Notes under the pieces: model-generated | Told to the model about the DNA's origin: nothing | The model's input: only the letters and a program-made list of their open reading frames with translations | The model's database searches: none | Program-made: the position numbers and the translations under genes | Shown: positions 1 through 10,130 of the stretch, in pieces | How the letters are laid out: each line of letters starts with the position of its first letter | Position numbering within the stretch: the stretch's first letter is position 1 | Origin: a virus | Direction: 5' to 3' (one strand) | IMG/VR virus record: IMGVR_UViG_3300021964_000015 | DNA length: 64,000 nucleotides

Positions 1-1
1 A

Positions 2-790
2 GCGTTTGCAGACGCCTTAAGTTCTGGAGTAACCATTGCACTGGGTGGAGACGTAAGTGGCTCTGTTGTTTTTGATGGAAGCCAAAATGTTACTTTGACG
101 GGTGTTATTGCCAATAACTCTGTCACCCTGGGAACCGACACCACTGGTAATTACGTTGCAAGTGCTGCAACAGCTGGTAGTGGTATTTCCGGAAGCGTCG
201 ACACTGAAGGTGGTGTCTTCACCGTCACTTCCAACGCTACTCCTGCAAGTATTAGTGGCACAATCGTTTCTCGTGATGCTAGTGGTAGCTTTGCAGCAAA
301 TGTCATCACTGCTTCTTTGTCCGGCAATGCATCTACTGCCAACACTTGGGCAAGTGGAAGGACCATCACTTTAAGTGGCGATGTGTCTGGAAGTGTTTCC
401 ATTGACGGAAGCAGTGATGTTACTCTCAATGGTACGGTAAGCAGCAACATAGCTCGCCTCGCAAATGCACAAACATTTAGCGCACAGCAAACCTTTGTTG
501 AGACTTCCGATACTGTATATGCTCTCACTGGTACAGACTTAGACCCAGCAAATGGTGGTATTCAAACAAAAACATTATCTGGAAGCACTACTTTTACAGA
601 ATCCTTGGAAAGTGGCCAAAGTGTGCTGTTAATGCTGGAAAGCGGCGCCACTTATACAGTGACTTGGCCAACGGTATCTTGGGTGTCGAATATCGGTAAC
701 ATTGCACCCACCTTAACGAATAAGGATGCTATTGTTTTCTGGCAAGTTGGCGCCACTGTTTACGGCAACTACCTTGGGAGCTATGTGTAA
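2..790 (+). CDS. tail fibre protein, 5'-partial (frame open from window start)
   Basis: Repeated 'ITLSGDVSGSVSIDGS' fibre motifs; Ser/Thr/Gly-rich; frame open upstream of the 95 start. Confidence 0.75.
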   Translation, partial: AFADALSSGVTIALGGDVSGSVVFDGSQNVTLTGVIANNSVTLGTDTTGNYVASAATAGSGISGSVDTEGGVFTVTSNATPASISGTIVSRDASGSFAANVITASLSGNASTANTWASGRTITLSGDVSGSVSIDGSSDVTLNGTVSSNIARLANAQTFSAQQTFVETSDTVYALTGTDLDPANGGIQTKTLSGSTTFTESLESGQSVLLMLESGATYTVTWPTVSWVSNIGNIAPTLTNKDAIVFWQVGATVYGNYLGSYV

Positions 791-2169
791 TGTTTACTAA
801 ATTTTTACTTGGCAATACCGAGGAGTCTCAAGCGTGGCTTGCTTTTACTGACTTAAGAGCGGAAGTTGTCGGATTGCCATCTTTTTTTGTTGATAACGAT
901 GGTTCAATTTATATTTCATTTTCCTACCTTGGCGTTAGCTATTTAGCAAAGCTTAGGTTCAATGGAATCGTTGAATGGGCGCGATTGATTAATCCAGCTG
1001 GTAGCTCTGGCTCTTGTTTATTATCAGTAACAGGGGATAGCAATGGCAATATTTATGCTTGCGGTGGTAACGTAACCGGAAGCGGAAGCAAGGGGTTTTT
1101 AGTTAAAGTTAACAGCGCTGACGGCAGCACTATTTGGGCTAGGGAATTCGACAAGGGCAATGGAAATCCTTGTGTTTTTGGTAGTGTTTTTATTAAATCA
1201 AATGGAGGTATTGCAGCTTTTGAAGTAAGAGCTACTGGCTTTAACGTTAGCACGTCATCAGTAGAAAATGCCTATGTTGTTTACACCGCAAGCGGCACCG
1301 TAAGTCAAGCGGGGGTTTTTACGACATTCAATACTTCCAGTCTTGTTCCTGACGGAGTAGAAGCCAAAAACGTAAACGGAACACCTTTGGCCCTGGCTAT
1401 AACAGGATACAATGGCAAGAATGCTGCATATTTGTACCCGCTAGAATCGTTTAGCCCATTTCCGAGCGGCAACAGTTTTTCTTTCGTCTACCAAAATAGC
1501 CTATGCACTCCGCTCAGTTTTGATTTCGTCCCCGCTCCTTCAAATGCTGTTCCTCAAATATGTTATCTAATAGGCAGGGACACTGCCTTTCCAGGTCTTA
1601 GTGAAAATTTTATAGCCAAAGTTAGCCCTAACGCTGCCAATACTGGAGCAAGTCTTTACTGGCTAAAAAGATTTAACAACACATCCGGATCTGACTTTTC
1701 TGTCAACAGTGTAGCTGCAGATAGCAGTGGCAATGCTTATTGCACCGGAATTATCAGTAACACTGCTATTTTATTAATAAAAATAGACACAAATGGCAAT
1801 GTGGTATGGAAAAATTCTATTGACATTGTTTCAGGAAACCCCTCTAGTTCAGTAAATAGTTTTAACACTATTGTAGGCTTAAAAGTTAGCGGAGATTATC
1901 TTATCGTCAGTTTTTCTGCCGTTTATCAGTTTGTACTTAAAGTACCAACTGACGGCAGTTTAAGGGGCACATACACAAACTTGGCTGGCTACACGTTTGA
2001 ATATGGCAATACAACCTTGGAATCATTTGTCACGCTAGTAAATGAAACCACTAATGTATACACATCCATCCCAACTACCAATAGCTTTTCGTTTTCAACG
2101 CAAAATAGTCTTTCCGCGGCAGGCGGCCTTATTCAAAATAATGCGCCAAGGCGAGGTACGATTGGGTGA
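790..2169 (+). CDS. beta-propeller-like tail-associated protein
   Basis: Repeats such as 'SVAADSSGNAYCTG', 'LIKIDTNGNVVW'; tail context. Confidence 0.55.
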   Translation: MFTKFLLGNTEESQAWLAFTDLRAEVVGLPSFFVDNDGSIYISFSYLGVSYLAKLRFNGIVEWARLINPAGSSGSCLLSVTGDSNGNIYACGGNVTGSGSKGFLVKVNSADGSTIWAREFDKGNGNPCVFGSVFIKSNGGIAAFEVRATGFNVSTSSVENAYVVYTASGTVSQAGVFTTFNTSSLVPDGVEAKNVNGTPLALAITGYNGKNAAYLYPLESFSPFPSGNSFSFVYQNSLCTPLSFDFVPAPSNAVPQICYLIGRDTAFPGLSENFIAKVSPNAANTGASLYWLKRFNNTSGSDFSVNSVAADSSGNAYCTGIISNTAILLIKIDTNGNVVWKNSIDIVSGNPSSSVNSFNTIVGLKVSGDYLIVSFSAVYQFVLKVPTDGSLRGTYTNLAGYTFEYGNTTLESFVTLVNETTNVYTSIPTTNSFSFSTQNSLSAAGGLIQNNAPRRGTIG

Positions 2170-2627
2170 TTCTTGTTTTTGCGGAAAATTCAACAGTCAA
2201 ACAATATCCTGCAAGCATTAATGACTTGCGTCGCAAATTTCCAAGTGTAAGCTTTCCTTCTGACATTTCTTCGTTTGATCTTTCCAAGTATGGAGCTTAT
2301 GTTGTAAAAACAACCAGCCCTCCGGATTTTGATTACACAAAGGAAACGCTTAGCGAAGTACTGCCTGTACTAAAAAAAGGGGAATGGGTGCAGCAATGGG
2401 AAGTGACCAGTTTAAGCAGTCGCATTATTGAGGGCCGCAAGAAATCAGAAGAAGGGCAATGTAGAACAAGGCGAAATGAGCTTCTTGAAAAAAGCGACTG
2501 GACTCAATTATCAGACGCTCCAGTAGACAAAGAAGCTTGGGCATCATATCGCCAAAAGCTGCGTGATATTACGCTACAAGAAGGCTTTCCATCCTCCATT
2601 GAATGGCCTGTAGCTCCAGAAAACTAG
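2166..2627 (+). CDS. tail fibre assembly chaperone-like protein
   Basis: C-terminal 'RNELLEKSDWTQLSDAP...WASYRQKLRDIT..EGFP..IEWP' signature. Confidence 0.8.
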   Translation: MILVFAENSTVKQYPASINDLRRKFPSVSFPSDISSFDLSKYGAYVVKTTSPPDFDYTKETLSEVLPVLKKGEWVQQWEVTSLSSRIIEGRKKSEEGQCRTRRNELLEKSDWTQLSDAPVDKEAWASYRQKLRDITLQEGFPSSIEWPVAPEN

Positions 2628-2659
2628 CCCTATACTGAGCAAGACCTTTTCATTTTCTC

Positions 2660-2797
2660 ATGGCCGTCAAAAGCAAAATTGGCATTAGCGGGCAAAAGCT
2701 ACACACGCCAAATAAAGCAAAAAAGACAAAGCAAGGGCAAGGGCGAAATAGTCGCCCTTCACACGGACGAAAGCTTTCACGAGGCCAAGGAAAATAA
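2660..2797 (+). CDS. small basic protein (45 aa, not in ORF track)
   Basis: MAVKSK...KKTKQGQGRNSRPSHGRKLSRGQGK; paralog at 58694-58816; followed by terminator. Confidence 0.7.
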   Translation: MAVKSKIGISGQKLHTPNKAKKTKQGQGRNSRPSHGRKLSRGQGK

Positions 2798-2799
2798 AC

Positions 2800-2829
2800 A
2801 AAAGGGCCGCCCTTAAAGCGGCCCTTTTT
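2800..2829 (+). terminator. Rho-independent terminator
   Basis: aaaagggccgc-ccttaaa-gcggcccttttt hairpin with U tract. Confidence 0.8.
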
Positions 2830-2877
2830 AATGCACCAAACTATTGCTAGATTTAAAACAATAGACACCAAAAGCGA

Positions 2878-3216
2878 ATGATTGAACCAGGAAGGTACGA
2901 TATTACCATTCATCAAGGCGTCACTTTTGAACTGCCCTTGCAATACAAGGACAATGTGGGGCAGCCTGTCAATATGACAAGCTACACCGTTAGTGGCACT
3001 TTATGGGACCGACTTGGCGAAAATAAGCTTGCCAATTTTGCCTCTCCATGGACATCACAAATTAGCGGCATGTTTAAGCTGCGTTTAGAAGCTGCCACTA
3101 CAAGCGGCATCACGGAAGATGGCCAATATGACGTGATGGTAACGCAGCCTGATGGCGACACTTTTTACCTTCTTGAAGGCAATGTTAAATTAAATCCTGG
3201 ACTGTCTTGGCAATGA
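2878..3216 (+). CDS. tail-associated beta-sandwich protein
   Basis: 'YDITIHQGVTF...YDVMVT..DG..FYLLEG'; paralog of 4121-4456. Confidence 0.6.
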   Translation: MIEPGRYDITIHQGVTFELPLQYKDNVGQPVNMTSYTVSGTLWDRLGENKLANFASPWTSQISGMFKLRLEAATTSGITEDGQYDVMVTQPDGDTFYLLEGNVKLNPGLSWQ

Positions 3217-4064
3217 CACAAGTAGTAATTACAAAGCAACAAAATAGTGTTGTCATTCAAGACGGTGATGAAACAATTGTTTCACCATTGCCTAATGTAG
3301 TTGGACTTGAAATTTGGCAGCCAGGCACTCCACCAGGAGGACTTACTGGCGACATTCTTGTTAAAGCATCTGATCAAAACCATCATTCTGAATGGACTGA
3401 TGAGCCAATTGTTGATAAATTGCGTTTTGATTTGACGGCAGCAGAAGATCCAGGCACTGGCGAGATGGCTTGGAATGTTGATGAAGGTACTGTTGCTTTA
3501 GGAAAGAATGGCTTGGACCATTACATTGGCCAAGACAATTTAGTGATGTGCCGAAACAATAGCAACGTAGATGAAATTGCGAAGGGCACTGGCGTGATGT
3601 TTGCTGGCACTTTAGGAGCAAGTGGCAGGTTGAAAGTGGCGCCAATGATTGCTGATGGTAGCGTGCCAGGGTATTTATTTTTTGGCGTTACTGCACAAGC
3701 AATTTCTCCAGCAAGCGATGGCTATGTAGTGACATTTGGCAAAATTCGCGGCATCAATACAGAACTCTATCCCGAAGGAAGTATTTTGTGGTGCAGTCCA
3801 ACAACACCTGGAGGGTTTGTTACAACTGAACCTCAGGCCCCTTCATTGAAACTATCTGTTGCGGCAGTTGTTAGCAGAAAGAGTAATGGCACGATTTTTG
3901 TGCGCTGGGACACTGGACGCAGACTAAAAGATTTACATGATGTGGAAGCCAATGGTAGCGTGACTGACGGAGACATTCTCGTGTGGAGCGATGCAAATAA
4001 TAGATGGGAAGCATCTAATGCATTGTCGTTGTTAGAAGCTCGTGTTGCTGCATTGGAAGCCTGA
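3207..4064 (+). CDS. tail fibre-associated protein
   Basis: 'PPGGLTGDILVKASD', 'LKDLHDV...DGDILVW...RWE' fibre repeats. Confidence 0.6.
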   Translation: MAMTQVVITKQQNSVVIQDGDETIVSPLPNVVGLEIWQPGTPPGGLTGDILVKASDQNHHSEWTDEPIVDKLRFDLTAAEDPGTGEMAWNVDEGTVALGKNGLDHYIGQDNLVMCRNNSNVDEIAKGTGVMFAGTLGASGRLKVAPMIADGSVPGYLFFGVTAQAISPASDGYVVTFGKIRGINTELYPEGSILWCSPTTPGGFVTTEPQAPSLKLSVAAVVSRKSNGTIFVRWDTGRRLKDLHDVEANGSVTDGDILVWSDANNRWEASNALSLLEARVAALEA

Positions 4065-4120
4065 TGATAGTGATCATTGAAAGCCATTCGTGGCTATCAT
4101 GAAAGAAATACAATAAAGTC

Positions 4121-4456
4121 GTGATCTATCCTGCCACTTACGACATTGTGGTGTTGCAAAACTCCACTTTTAAGATGAGGCTTAATGCCTCGTCTAGTGG
4201 TTCGCCTATTAATGTGAGCGGCTATGTTTTTGACGCCGATATTTGCTACACGACTGGTGGTATTATTACAAGCTTTTCTTCTGAAGTGATTTCAGCTGCA
4301 AGTGGCATTGTAGATTTTGAGCTAGTGCCAAGTCAAACTGCTGATTTTACAGAAGGTGAGTATAAATATGATTTAAATGCAACTTCTCCCAATGGCGAAC
4401 GTTACTATTGGCTAAAGGGCGCTCTCACTGTTTCTGGCACTTGTTCTAGGAATTGA
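4121..4456 (+). CDS. tail-associated beta-sandwich protein
   Basis: 'PATYDIVVLQNSTF...YKYDL...GERYYWLKG'; paralog of 2878-3216. Confidence 0.6.
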   Translation: MIYPATYDIVVLQNSTFKMRLNASSSGSPINVSGYVFDADICYTTGGIITSFSSEVISAASGIVDFELVPSQTADFTEGEYKYDLNATSPNGERYYWLKGALTVSGTCSRN

Positions 4457-5835
4457 TTATGTCGAATGTTGAATTAACCGTTATCAGCGGAGAAACGGTA
4501 GAACTTGATCTTTCAATTCCTGGCGTGCAAGGTCCAATTGGTCCTGGCATTGAAAGTGGAGGCACCACTGGTCAAGTGTTGCGCAAGGCTAGTAATGGTG
4601 ATTATGACACCGAATGGGTAGATCTCACCCATTCAATCGTGGGAGGAACTGTTGCTATTGACAATGATGACATTGTTGATGGTGCAGGCATCACTGATAA
4701 TAAGCTTGCCACAATTACGGGCGTTGGGAAAGTGGCCAATAGTGCCACTTCTGCGACAAGCATAGGCGCTGGTTCCACCATTGTTTTAAGAGATGGCACT
4801 GGAAGCTTCTTTGCTGGTGGCATTGTTGCCACTGGACTTACAGTGCATGGTCAAACCACTCTTAGTGGCGTTACTGTAAACGGACCACTGGATGTTAATT
4901 ATTCTGTTGCTTTTAGTGGTCTTACTGTTGAAAATAATGCGACAGTAAGCGGCACTTTAAATGCAAATAATATCATTGCAACTGGCACTACAAATTTCCA
5001 CAGAATTATTTCCACTGGTAATACTGACGTTCATAATATTAGCAGCACTGGCGATGCGCAGTTAAACACTCTTACGGTTAGTGGCGTTGCAACTTTTGCT
5101 AGTGGCGTCACTGCTAGTGGTGAAATTATTGCAAGTGGAATTACTGCCCAAAATAATCTGGTTACTAGCGGCCAAGCTACTGTCGGAAATATTGTTGTTC
5201 AAAGCGGAGCTGTTGTAAGCGGGCAAGCGACACTCGGAAGCGTTGTTTCACAAGGAAATGCAACAATTAGCGGCGAAGCTACGGCTAGCGGAGTTGTAGT
5301 TCAGAATAATGCGACAATTAGCGGACTAAGCACTGTTAGCGGCCTAGCGGTGCAGAATGGTGCCACTATTAGTGGACTGGCGACTGTTAGCGGGCTCATT
5401 GTTCAGAGCAATGCTACTGTTAGCGGTTTAACAACGACAAGCGGCTTGACGGTGCAAAACGATGCCACCGTCGGCGGACTAACAGTCGAAAACGGCGCCG
5501 TAATTAGTGGGCTAACAGTGCAAAATGCCGCAACAATTAGCGGGAATTTGACAGTAAGCGGCACCATGTTGGTTGACAACGTGAATGTCGGTGATTACAT
5601 GACCGGCCTTTCGTTGCCGTCATTTGATTCGGCGCAATTGGTTTATAGCGGAGGGTTGTTGGTATCTGCCACCTATCCAAGTGGAGAGCCGTATGACTAT
5701 GTGGGAATTGTTTATAGCGGAGGATTGCTGACGCAAGTAGATTACAAAACTGGCGGAGCAGGCGGTTCTGATGTTGCTGTTTTTGTGGTTTCTTATAGCG
5801 GCAGTGCTGTGTCTGAAGTGACACGCACTGTGTAG
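4453..5835 (+). CDS. tail fibre protein with beta-helical repeats
   Basis: Many 'VQNNATISGL'-type repeats; 'GGTTGQVLRKASNGDYDTEW'. Confidence 0.7.
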   Translation: MIMSNVELTVISGETVELDLSIPGVQGPIGPGIESGGTTGQVLRKASNGDYDTEWVDLTHSIVGGTVAIDNDDIVDGAGITDNKLATITGVGKVANSATSATSIGAGSTIVLRDGTGSFFAGGIVATGLTVHGQTTLSGVTVNGPLDVNYSVAFSGLTVENNATVSGTLNANNIIATGTTNFHRIISTGNTDVHNISSTGDAQLNTLTVSGVATFASGVTASGEIIASGITAQNNLVTSGQATVGNIVVQSGAVVSGQATLGSVVSQGNATISGEATASGVVVQNNATISGLSTVSGLAVQNGATISGLATVSGLIVQSNATVSGLTTTSGLTVQNDATVGGLTVENGAVISGLTVQNAATISGNLTVSGTMLVDNVNVGDYMTGLSLPSFDSAQLVYSGGLLVSATYPSGEPYDYVGIVYSGGLLTQVDYKTGGAGGSDVAVFVVSYSGSAVSEVTRTV

Positions 5836-5865
5836 TTATAATTAGGGAAAAGCGAGGCTTTAATC

Positions 5866-6195
5866 ATGCAAATGGCGCAGCGTATTTTTAATGAAGAACA
5901 ATACGCTACCGTCTTAGTTCGTGGTGGAATGGACGGTGGTCCTGTTCCTGTTACGTTCGCCAGTGGTGTAACAATTAGCGGCGTCAGCTTAGGGGCGGAA
6001 GTAGAAATCACAAATGATAGCGGCAGTCCTTTACCTATTGTCCAAGGGTTGCAAATTCCAGCCCATGATGAAGTGGAGCTTTCTTATACTGGAGATAACT
6101 TAACTGGAGTGGTTTATAAGGAAAGTAGTGTTACTGTTGCAACGCTCACTTTAAGCTATAGCGGATCCACACTTACTTCCATTGTTAAATCTTAA
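5866..6195 (+). CDS. hypothetical tail-associated protein
   Basis: ORF; 'LSYTGDNLTGVVYK' resembles C-terminus of upstream gene. Confidence 0.55.
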   Translation: MQMAQRIFNEEQYATVLVRGGMDGGPVPVTFASGVTISGVSLGAEVEITNDSGSPLPIVQGLQIPAHDEVELSYTGDNLTGVVYKESSVTVATLTLSYSGSTLTSIVKS

Positions 6196-6203
6196 GAAGA
6201 GCA

Positions 6204-7271
6204 ATGCCTGTTGTTTTTAATCCATTCACTGGAAACCTTGATTTTACGGACACCACCGCAGCGGGCGGCGCCAATACTCAAGTGCAGTTTAATGATGGTG
6301 GCACGTTAGCTGGTGACACTGCGTTTACTTGGGACAAAACCAATGATCAACTTACGATTAGTGGCGATGTAAATCTTGACACTGGCGGTGGATTTTCTAC
6401 TACCATCCAATCAGTTACGCCTACTGCCAACCGCACGATCAGTTTTCCAGACCAAACTGGCACTGTTGGCCTTGTTGCTGGAGCAACCGGAAACATCCAG
6501 TATAATAATGCTGGACAGTTGGCAGGTACGGGTGATCTAAACACTGAGTTGGATTGGGTCAGCCCTACTGGTACTTATACCGCACTTAAAGTTAACGCTG
6601 ATAGTAATAGCGGTAACACCGGAACCCTGCTTGATTTGCAGGTGGATGGGACGAGTCAGGCAAGTATTGCCTCAAACGGGGCAATTACAACAAATACAGG
6701 GGCAAACCAAAGTTGCCTCCGATTTAATAGCGGAGCCTTTGGCGCCGCCACTTGGGCTGGAATCATTGCATGGTCCAACGGAACCGTTGCTAACCATACT
6801 AATTCAAATGTGGTATTTGCTTTAAGACAGGAAAACCTTCACATAAAACAAACTGGTGCATTTGTATTTGGAAGAGCTGGCCTTGAGAATCCAAGAGCAT
6901 ATATTTACAGCGATGCCGACGGTGTAGTTGCCCAACGCAACGGCACCGCCGCCCAAACGTATCGGCTGTATAACACCTACACCGACGCTAGTAATTATGA
7001 GCGTCTGAGTTTTAATTGGGATACAAATGTATTTAAAATCAAATCAGAAGCAGTAGGAACGGGCACTGTTCGAGGTATTCAGCTTGGCTCTACTTCAACA
7101 GAACCTGTTGCATTGTTTGGTGCAACACCAGTAGCTCAACCCACTACAGCGGTTGGCTCTGCAACAGTTGCAGGCGGCGGTGGTACCGCTGTTGATGACG
7201 CAACCACATTTGGTGGTTATACACTTGCACAGGTTGTGCAAGCTCTGCAAAACCTTGGCATCCTTGCATAA
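6204..7271 (+). CDS. tail fibre protein
   Basis: 'FNPFTGNLD', 'GANTQVQFNDGG', 'TPTANRTISFPD' motifs. Confidence 0.7.
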   Translation: MPVVFNPFTGNLDFTDTTAAGGANTQVQFNDGGTLAGDTAFTWDKTNDQLTISGDVNLDTGGGFSTTIQSVTPTANRTISFPDQTGTVGLVAGATGNIQYNNAGQLAGTGDLNTELDWVSPTGTYTALKVNADSNSGNTGTLLDLQVDGTSQASIASNGAITTNTGANQSCLRFNSGAFGAATWAGIIAWSNGTVANHTNSNVVFALRQENLHIKQTGAFVFGRAGLENPRAYIYSDADGVVAQRNGTAAQTYRLYNTYTDASNYERLSFNWDTNVFKIKSEAVGTGTVRGIQLGSTSTEPVALFGATPVAQPTTAVGSATVAGGGGTAVDDATTFGGYTLAQVVQALQNLGILA

Positions 7272-7276
7272 CGACC

Positions 7277-7888
7277 ATGGACACCCTCACCGTTACGATC
7301 ACCGACACCCGCACCATTGACGGCCTGATTTTTGCCGCTAATAGCGCCAAGCTTTTGCCCGAGGATTACGCCACCTGGCTCCTCACGCAAGACGGCAAAC
7401 GCTACGCCGACGCCAACAGCTACGGCGTAGTAACCAGCGCTGGTTTCTTCGCCCGCTTCACTCCCACCGAATACGCCAACATTTTGGCCGCATCAGTAGA
7501 CACCACCGTGGTGCCTGATCCAATTGGTGGCATTCCTACTGCAGCAGAACAGCAGGCATACGACGATGCGGTTGCCAAGTTTATGGCAATCCCGGATCCT
7601 ACGCCTGAGGATATTGCCGAGTACGAAGCAGCAGTTGCCGCTTACAAGGCAGCTTGCACGCCTGATAACGAAGCCGAGATTGAAGCAGCTGAAAAGCAGA
7701 ATGCTGATGCTGCTGAGATTAAAGCGTTGATTGATGAACTTACTGCAGCAGAACGTGTGGCACTTGATGACCAGCGCGTGACTGATGCATTGGCTCTCTT
7801 GGTACAACGCAATTTACTTGCTCCTGATCGTCCTGCAGAGATCGTGAAGTATGACCGCCCGTTTCCTGAAGTGAATGGAGATGCGTGA
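7277..7888 (+). CDS. hypothetical protein (tail module)
   Basis: 203-aa ORF in tight operon. Confidence 0.6.
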   Translation: MDTLTVTITDTRTIDGLIFAANSAKLLPEDYATWLLTQDGKRYADANSYGVVTSAGFFARFTPTEYANILAASVDTTVVPDPIGGIPTAAEQQAYDDAVAKFMAIPDPTPEDIAEYEAAVAAYKAACTPDNEAEIEAAEKQNADAAEIKALIDELTAAERVALDDQRVTDALALLVQRNLLAPDRPAEIVKYDRPFPEVNGDA

Positions 7889-9342
7889 TGAGTTTGGTCT
7901 GGAGCCCTGATTACGCACCAGTAGACGGCGATTTTGCTGATGTGTCCTTGCTTCTAAAGGGTGAGGGCACCAATGGCAGCACGACCATTTTGGATAGTAG
8001 TAGCAATAATTTGAGTGTTACTGCAAATGGTGACGCTCAGATTAGTACAGCGGTGAATACACCGTTCGGCACTGGTGATGGCGTGCTGGCGTTTGATGGG
8101 ACGGGTGATTACCTGCAAGCTGCTGAAAGTAATTCAAATTTAACTTTTGATACTGGTGATTTTACGGTAGAATTTTTTATCTACTACAACAGTACAAATA
8201 CTGACGATTTGCTTTTAGATTGGAGAAACTCGGTAGGCGGACAAGATCGAATTGTTTTATTTCAGACTGGAGGTAATTTAACCCTATTTAATCCCAACAA
8301 CACCACCACTACTATTTTTACACCCAGTACAAATATATGGTATCATGTATCTTTGTGCAGAAGCAGCGGAACTTTAAGGGCTTATGTTGATGGTATTCAG
8401 GTTTTTAGTGTTGCAAATGCTGTAAATTATTTACCTCCCGGATCCACGAATGGCATATACATAGGCGGTATTGCATTTGCTTCCGGATATGACTTTAACG
8501 GCTACCTCTCCAACATTCGCATCACCAAAGGCGTAGCACGTTACACCGAAAACTTCACACCTCCCACCGCACCGTTCCCGATCCTTTCTCCTTCTACTCG
8601 CATCGAAGTGGGCGACGGCTTTGACGTAGAAGCCGCCAACTACATCCTTGCCGTGGAAGCAGCTGACACAGCCGTTCTCGAGCCTGCTGTACGCACTGCA
8701 ATCAACGACTTCGTGGTTGGCTGCAAGAGCGATGGCATCTGGAACGCTATTAAGGCAAGCTGCCTGTTGTGTGGCGCTCGTACTTTGGAGGGTGCGTTGG
8801 TGCCGTTGAAAGGCAGTGCTCCTACTAACTTTAACTTTACGTTGTCTGATTACGATAGGGAGCTTGGCTTGAAAGGTGATGGCAGCACAAAGTATCTGGA
8901 CAGTAATCGAAATAACAATACTGATTTACAGGACAGCAGACATTTGGCAGTTTGGCGATCTGCAGATGGCGATGGAGGATTACTAGGTAGCAATGGCACA
9001 AGCACAGGCGATAGCCACCTTTACAATGGTTTTGGTAATTTTATTACCAGAAATAGCTCTAGTGTGGCATCAAACCAGCTTCTATCTTTATCACCCAGTC
9101 CGACTTTTTATGGAACATCGCGAGCATCTTCCTCTAGTTTTACAGTTAGACACGGCGGAGTAGACTACATAGCATTAATCAACAGTGAAATCCCGGCGAA
9201 CCGTAATATTAGGGTATTTGAAACAGCAGGAAAATCTACTGCCCGCATCGCCTTCTACTCAATCGGTGAATCCCTAGACCTCGCCAAGCTTGACACCCGA
9301 GTGACCGACCTTATCACCGCCATTGGAGCTGCTATCCCATGA
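7885..9342 (+). CDS. LamG/concanavalin A-like domain tail protein plus second domain
   Basis: 'VSLLLKGEGTNGSTTILDSS...GDFTVEF...WYHV...FNGYLSNIRITKGVARYT'. Confidence 0.75.
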   Translation: MMSLVWSPDYAPVDGDFADVSLLLKGEGTNGSTTILDSSSNNLSVTANGDAQISTAVNTPFGTGDGVLAFDGTGDYLQAAESNSNLTFDTGDFTVEFFIYYNSTNTDDLLLDWRNSVGGQDRIVLFQTGGNLTLFNPNNTTTTIFTPSTNIWYHVSLCRSSGTLRAYVDGIQVFSVANAVNYLPPGSTNGIYIGGIAFASGYDFNGYLSNIRITKGVARYTENFTPPTAPFPILSPSTRIEVGDGFDVEAANYILAVEAADTAVLEPAVRTAINDFVVGCKSDGIWNAIKASCLLCGARTLEGALVPLKGSAPTNFNFTLSDYDRELGLKGDGSTKYLDSNRNNNTDLQDSRHLAVWRSADGDGGLLGSNGTSTGDSHLYNGFGNFITRNSSSVASNQLLSLSPSPTFYGTSRASSSSFTVRHGGVDYIALINSEIPANRNIRVFETAGKSTARIAFYSIGESLDLAKLDTRVTDLITAIGAAIP

Positions 9343-10130
9343 CACTACAACCTGGAAAACTAGTCCTGGCGAAGGACTACATCCACGGTCCTGCTGACCC
9401 TGATGTTGCTGCATACATTGCTGCGGTTGAAACGGCAGATGATCAAGGGCTTGAAGAAGAAGTAAAAGCTGCCTATTCAAACTTTATTACTGGCTGCAAA
9501 GCTGACGGTATCTGGGACGCTATCAAAGCATCTTGTATCCTTGCAGGTGCTAGGACGTTAGATGGAGCGTTGGTTCCACTTGCTGGTACGGCGCCTACTA
9601 ACTTTAACTTTGTGGCGGCGGATTACGATCGGAAGACGGGTTTGGTTGGTGATGCTAGCACAAAGTATTTAGATAGCAATAGAGATAACAATGCCGACCC
9701 TCAAAATAACCAGCATTTATCGGTTTATCTAAGCAAATTAGTTGGCACCGAAGGGCAATTCTATATTGCCAGTGATTACACCGTGCAAGGAATTTCTGGT
9801 ATCAGCGATGTAAATGTTAGATCAAGAAATACATCGCTTAACAATATAAACAGTAATTTTATAGGTTTCACAGGAATAAGCCGTTCTCCTGCTACGGACC
9901 TTTCAAATGAATTTGTTCATAGATCCAATGGTTCTGATACGACTTTAGCAAAAGCATCACAAACACCTGGCTCTTCTAATATTTATGTTTTTGGCAGCGT
10001 CACTTTAAGTAATCCTTACCGCACTGACGCCCGCCTAGCCTTCTACTCCATCGGCGAATCCCTAGACCTTGCCCTACTTGACGCCCGCGTATCTACCCTT
10101 ATCTCAGACCTTGGAGCTGCTATCCCATGA
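9339..10130 (+). CDS. tail protein, paralog of C-terminal half of 7885-9342
   Basis: Shared 'GCK.DGIW.AIKASC...GAAIP' frame. Confidence 0.7.
   Translation: MTLQPGKLVLAKDYIHGPADPDVAAYIAAVETADDQGLEEEVKAAYSNFITGCKADGIWDAIKASCILAGARTLDGALVPLAGTAPTNFNFVAADYDRKTGLVGDASTKYLDSNRDNNADPQNNQHLSVYLSKLVGTEGQFYIASDYTVQGISGISDVNVRSRNTSLNNINSNFIGFTGISRSPATDLSNEFVHRSNGSDTTLAKASQTPGSSNIYVFGSVTLSNPYRTDARLAFYSIGESLDLALLDARVSTLISDLGAAIP

Noticed and set aside
9241-10130. Repeated 3' ends of tail genes as DGR template/variable repeats
   Set aside because: Differences are not adenine-specific, both copies are coding, and no reverse transcriptase is in the window
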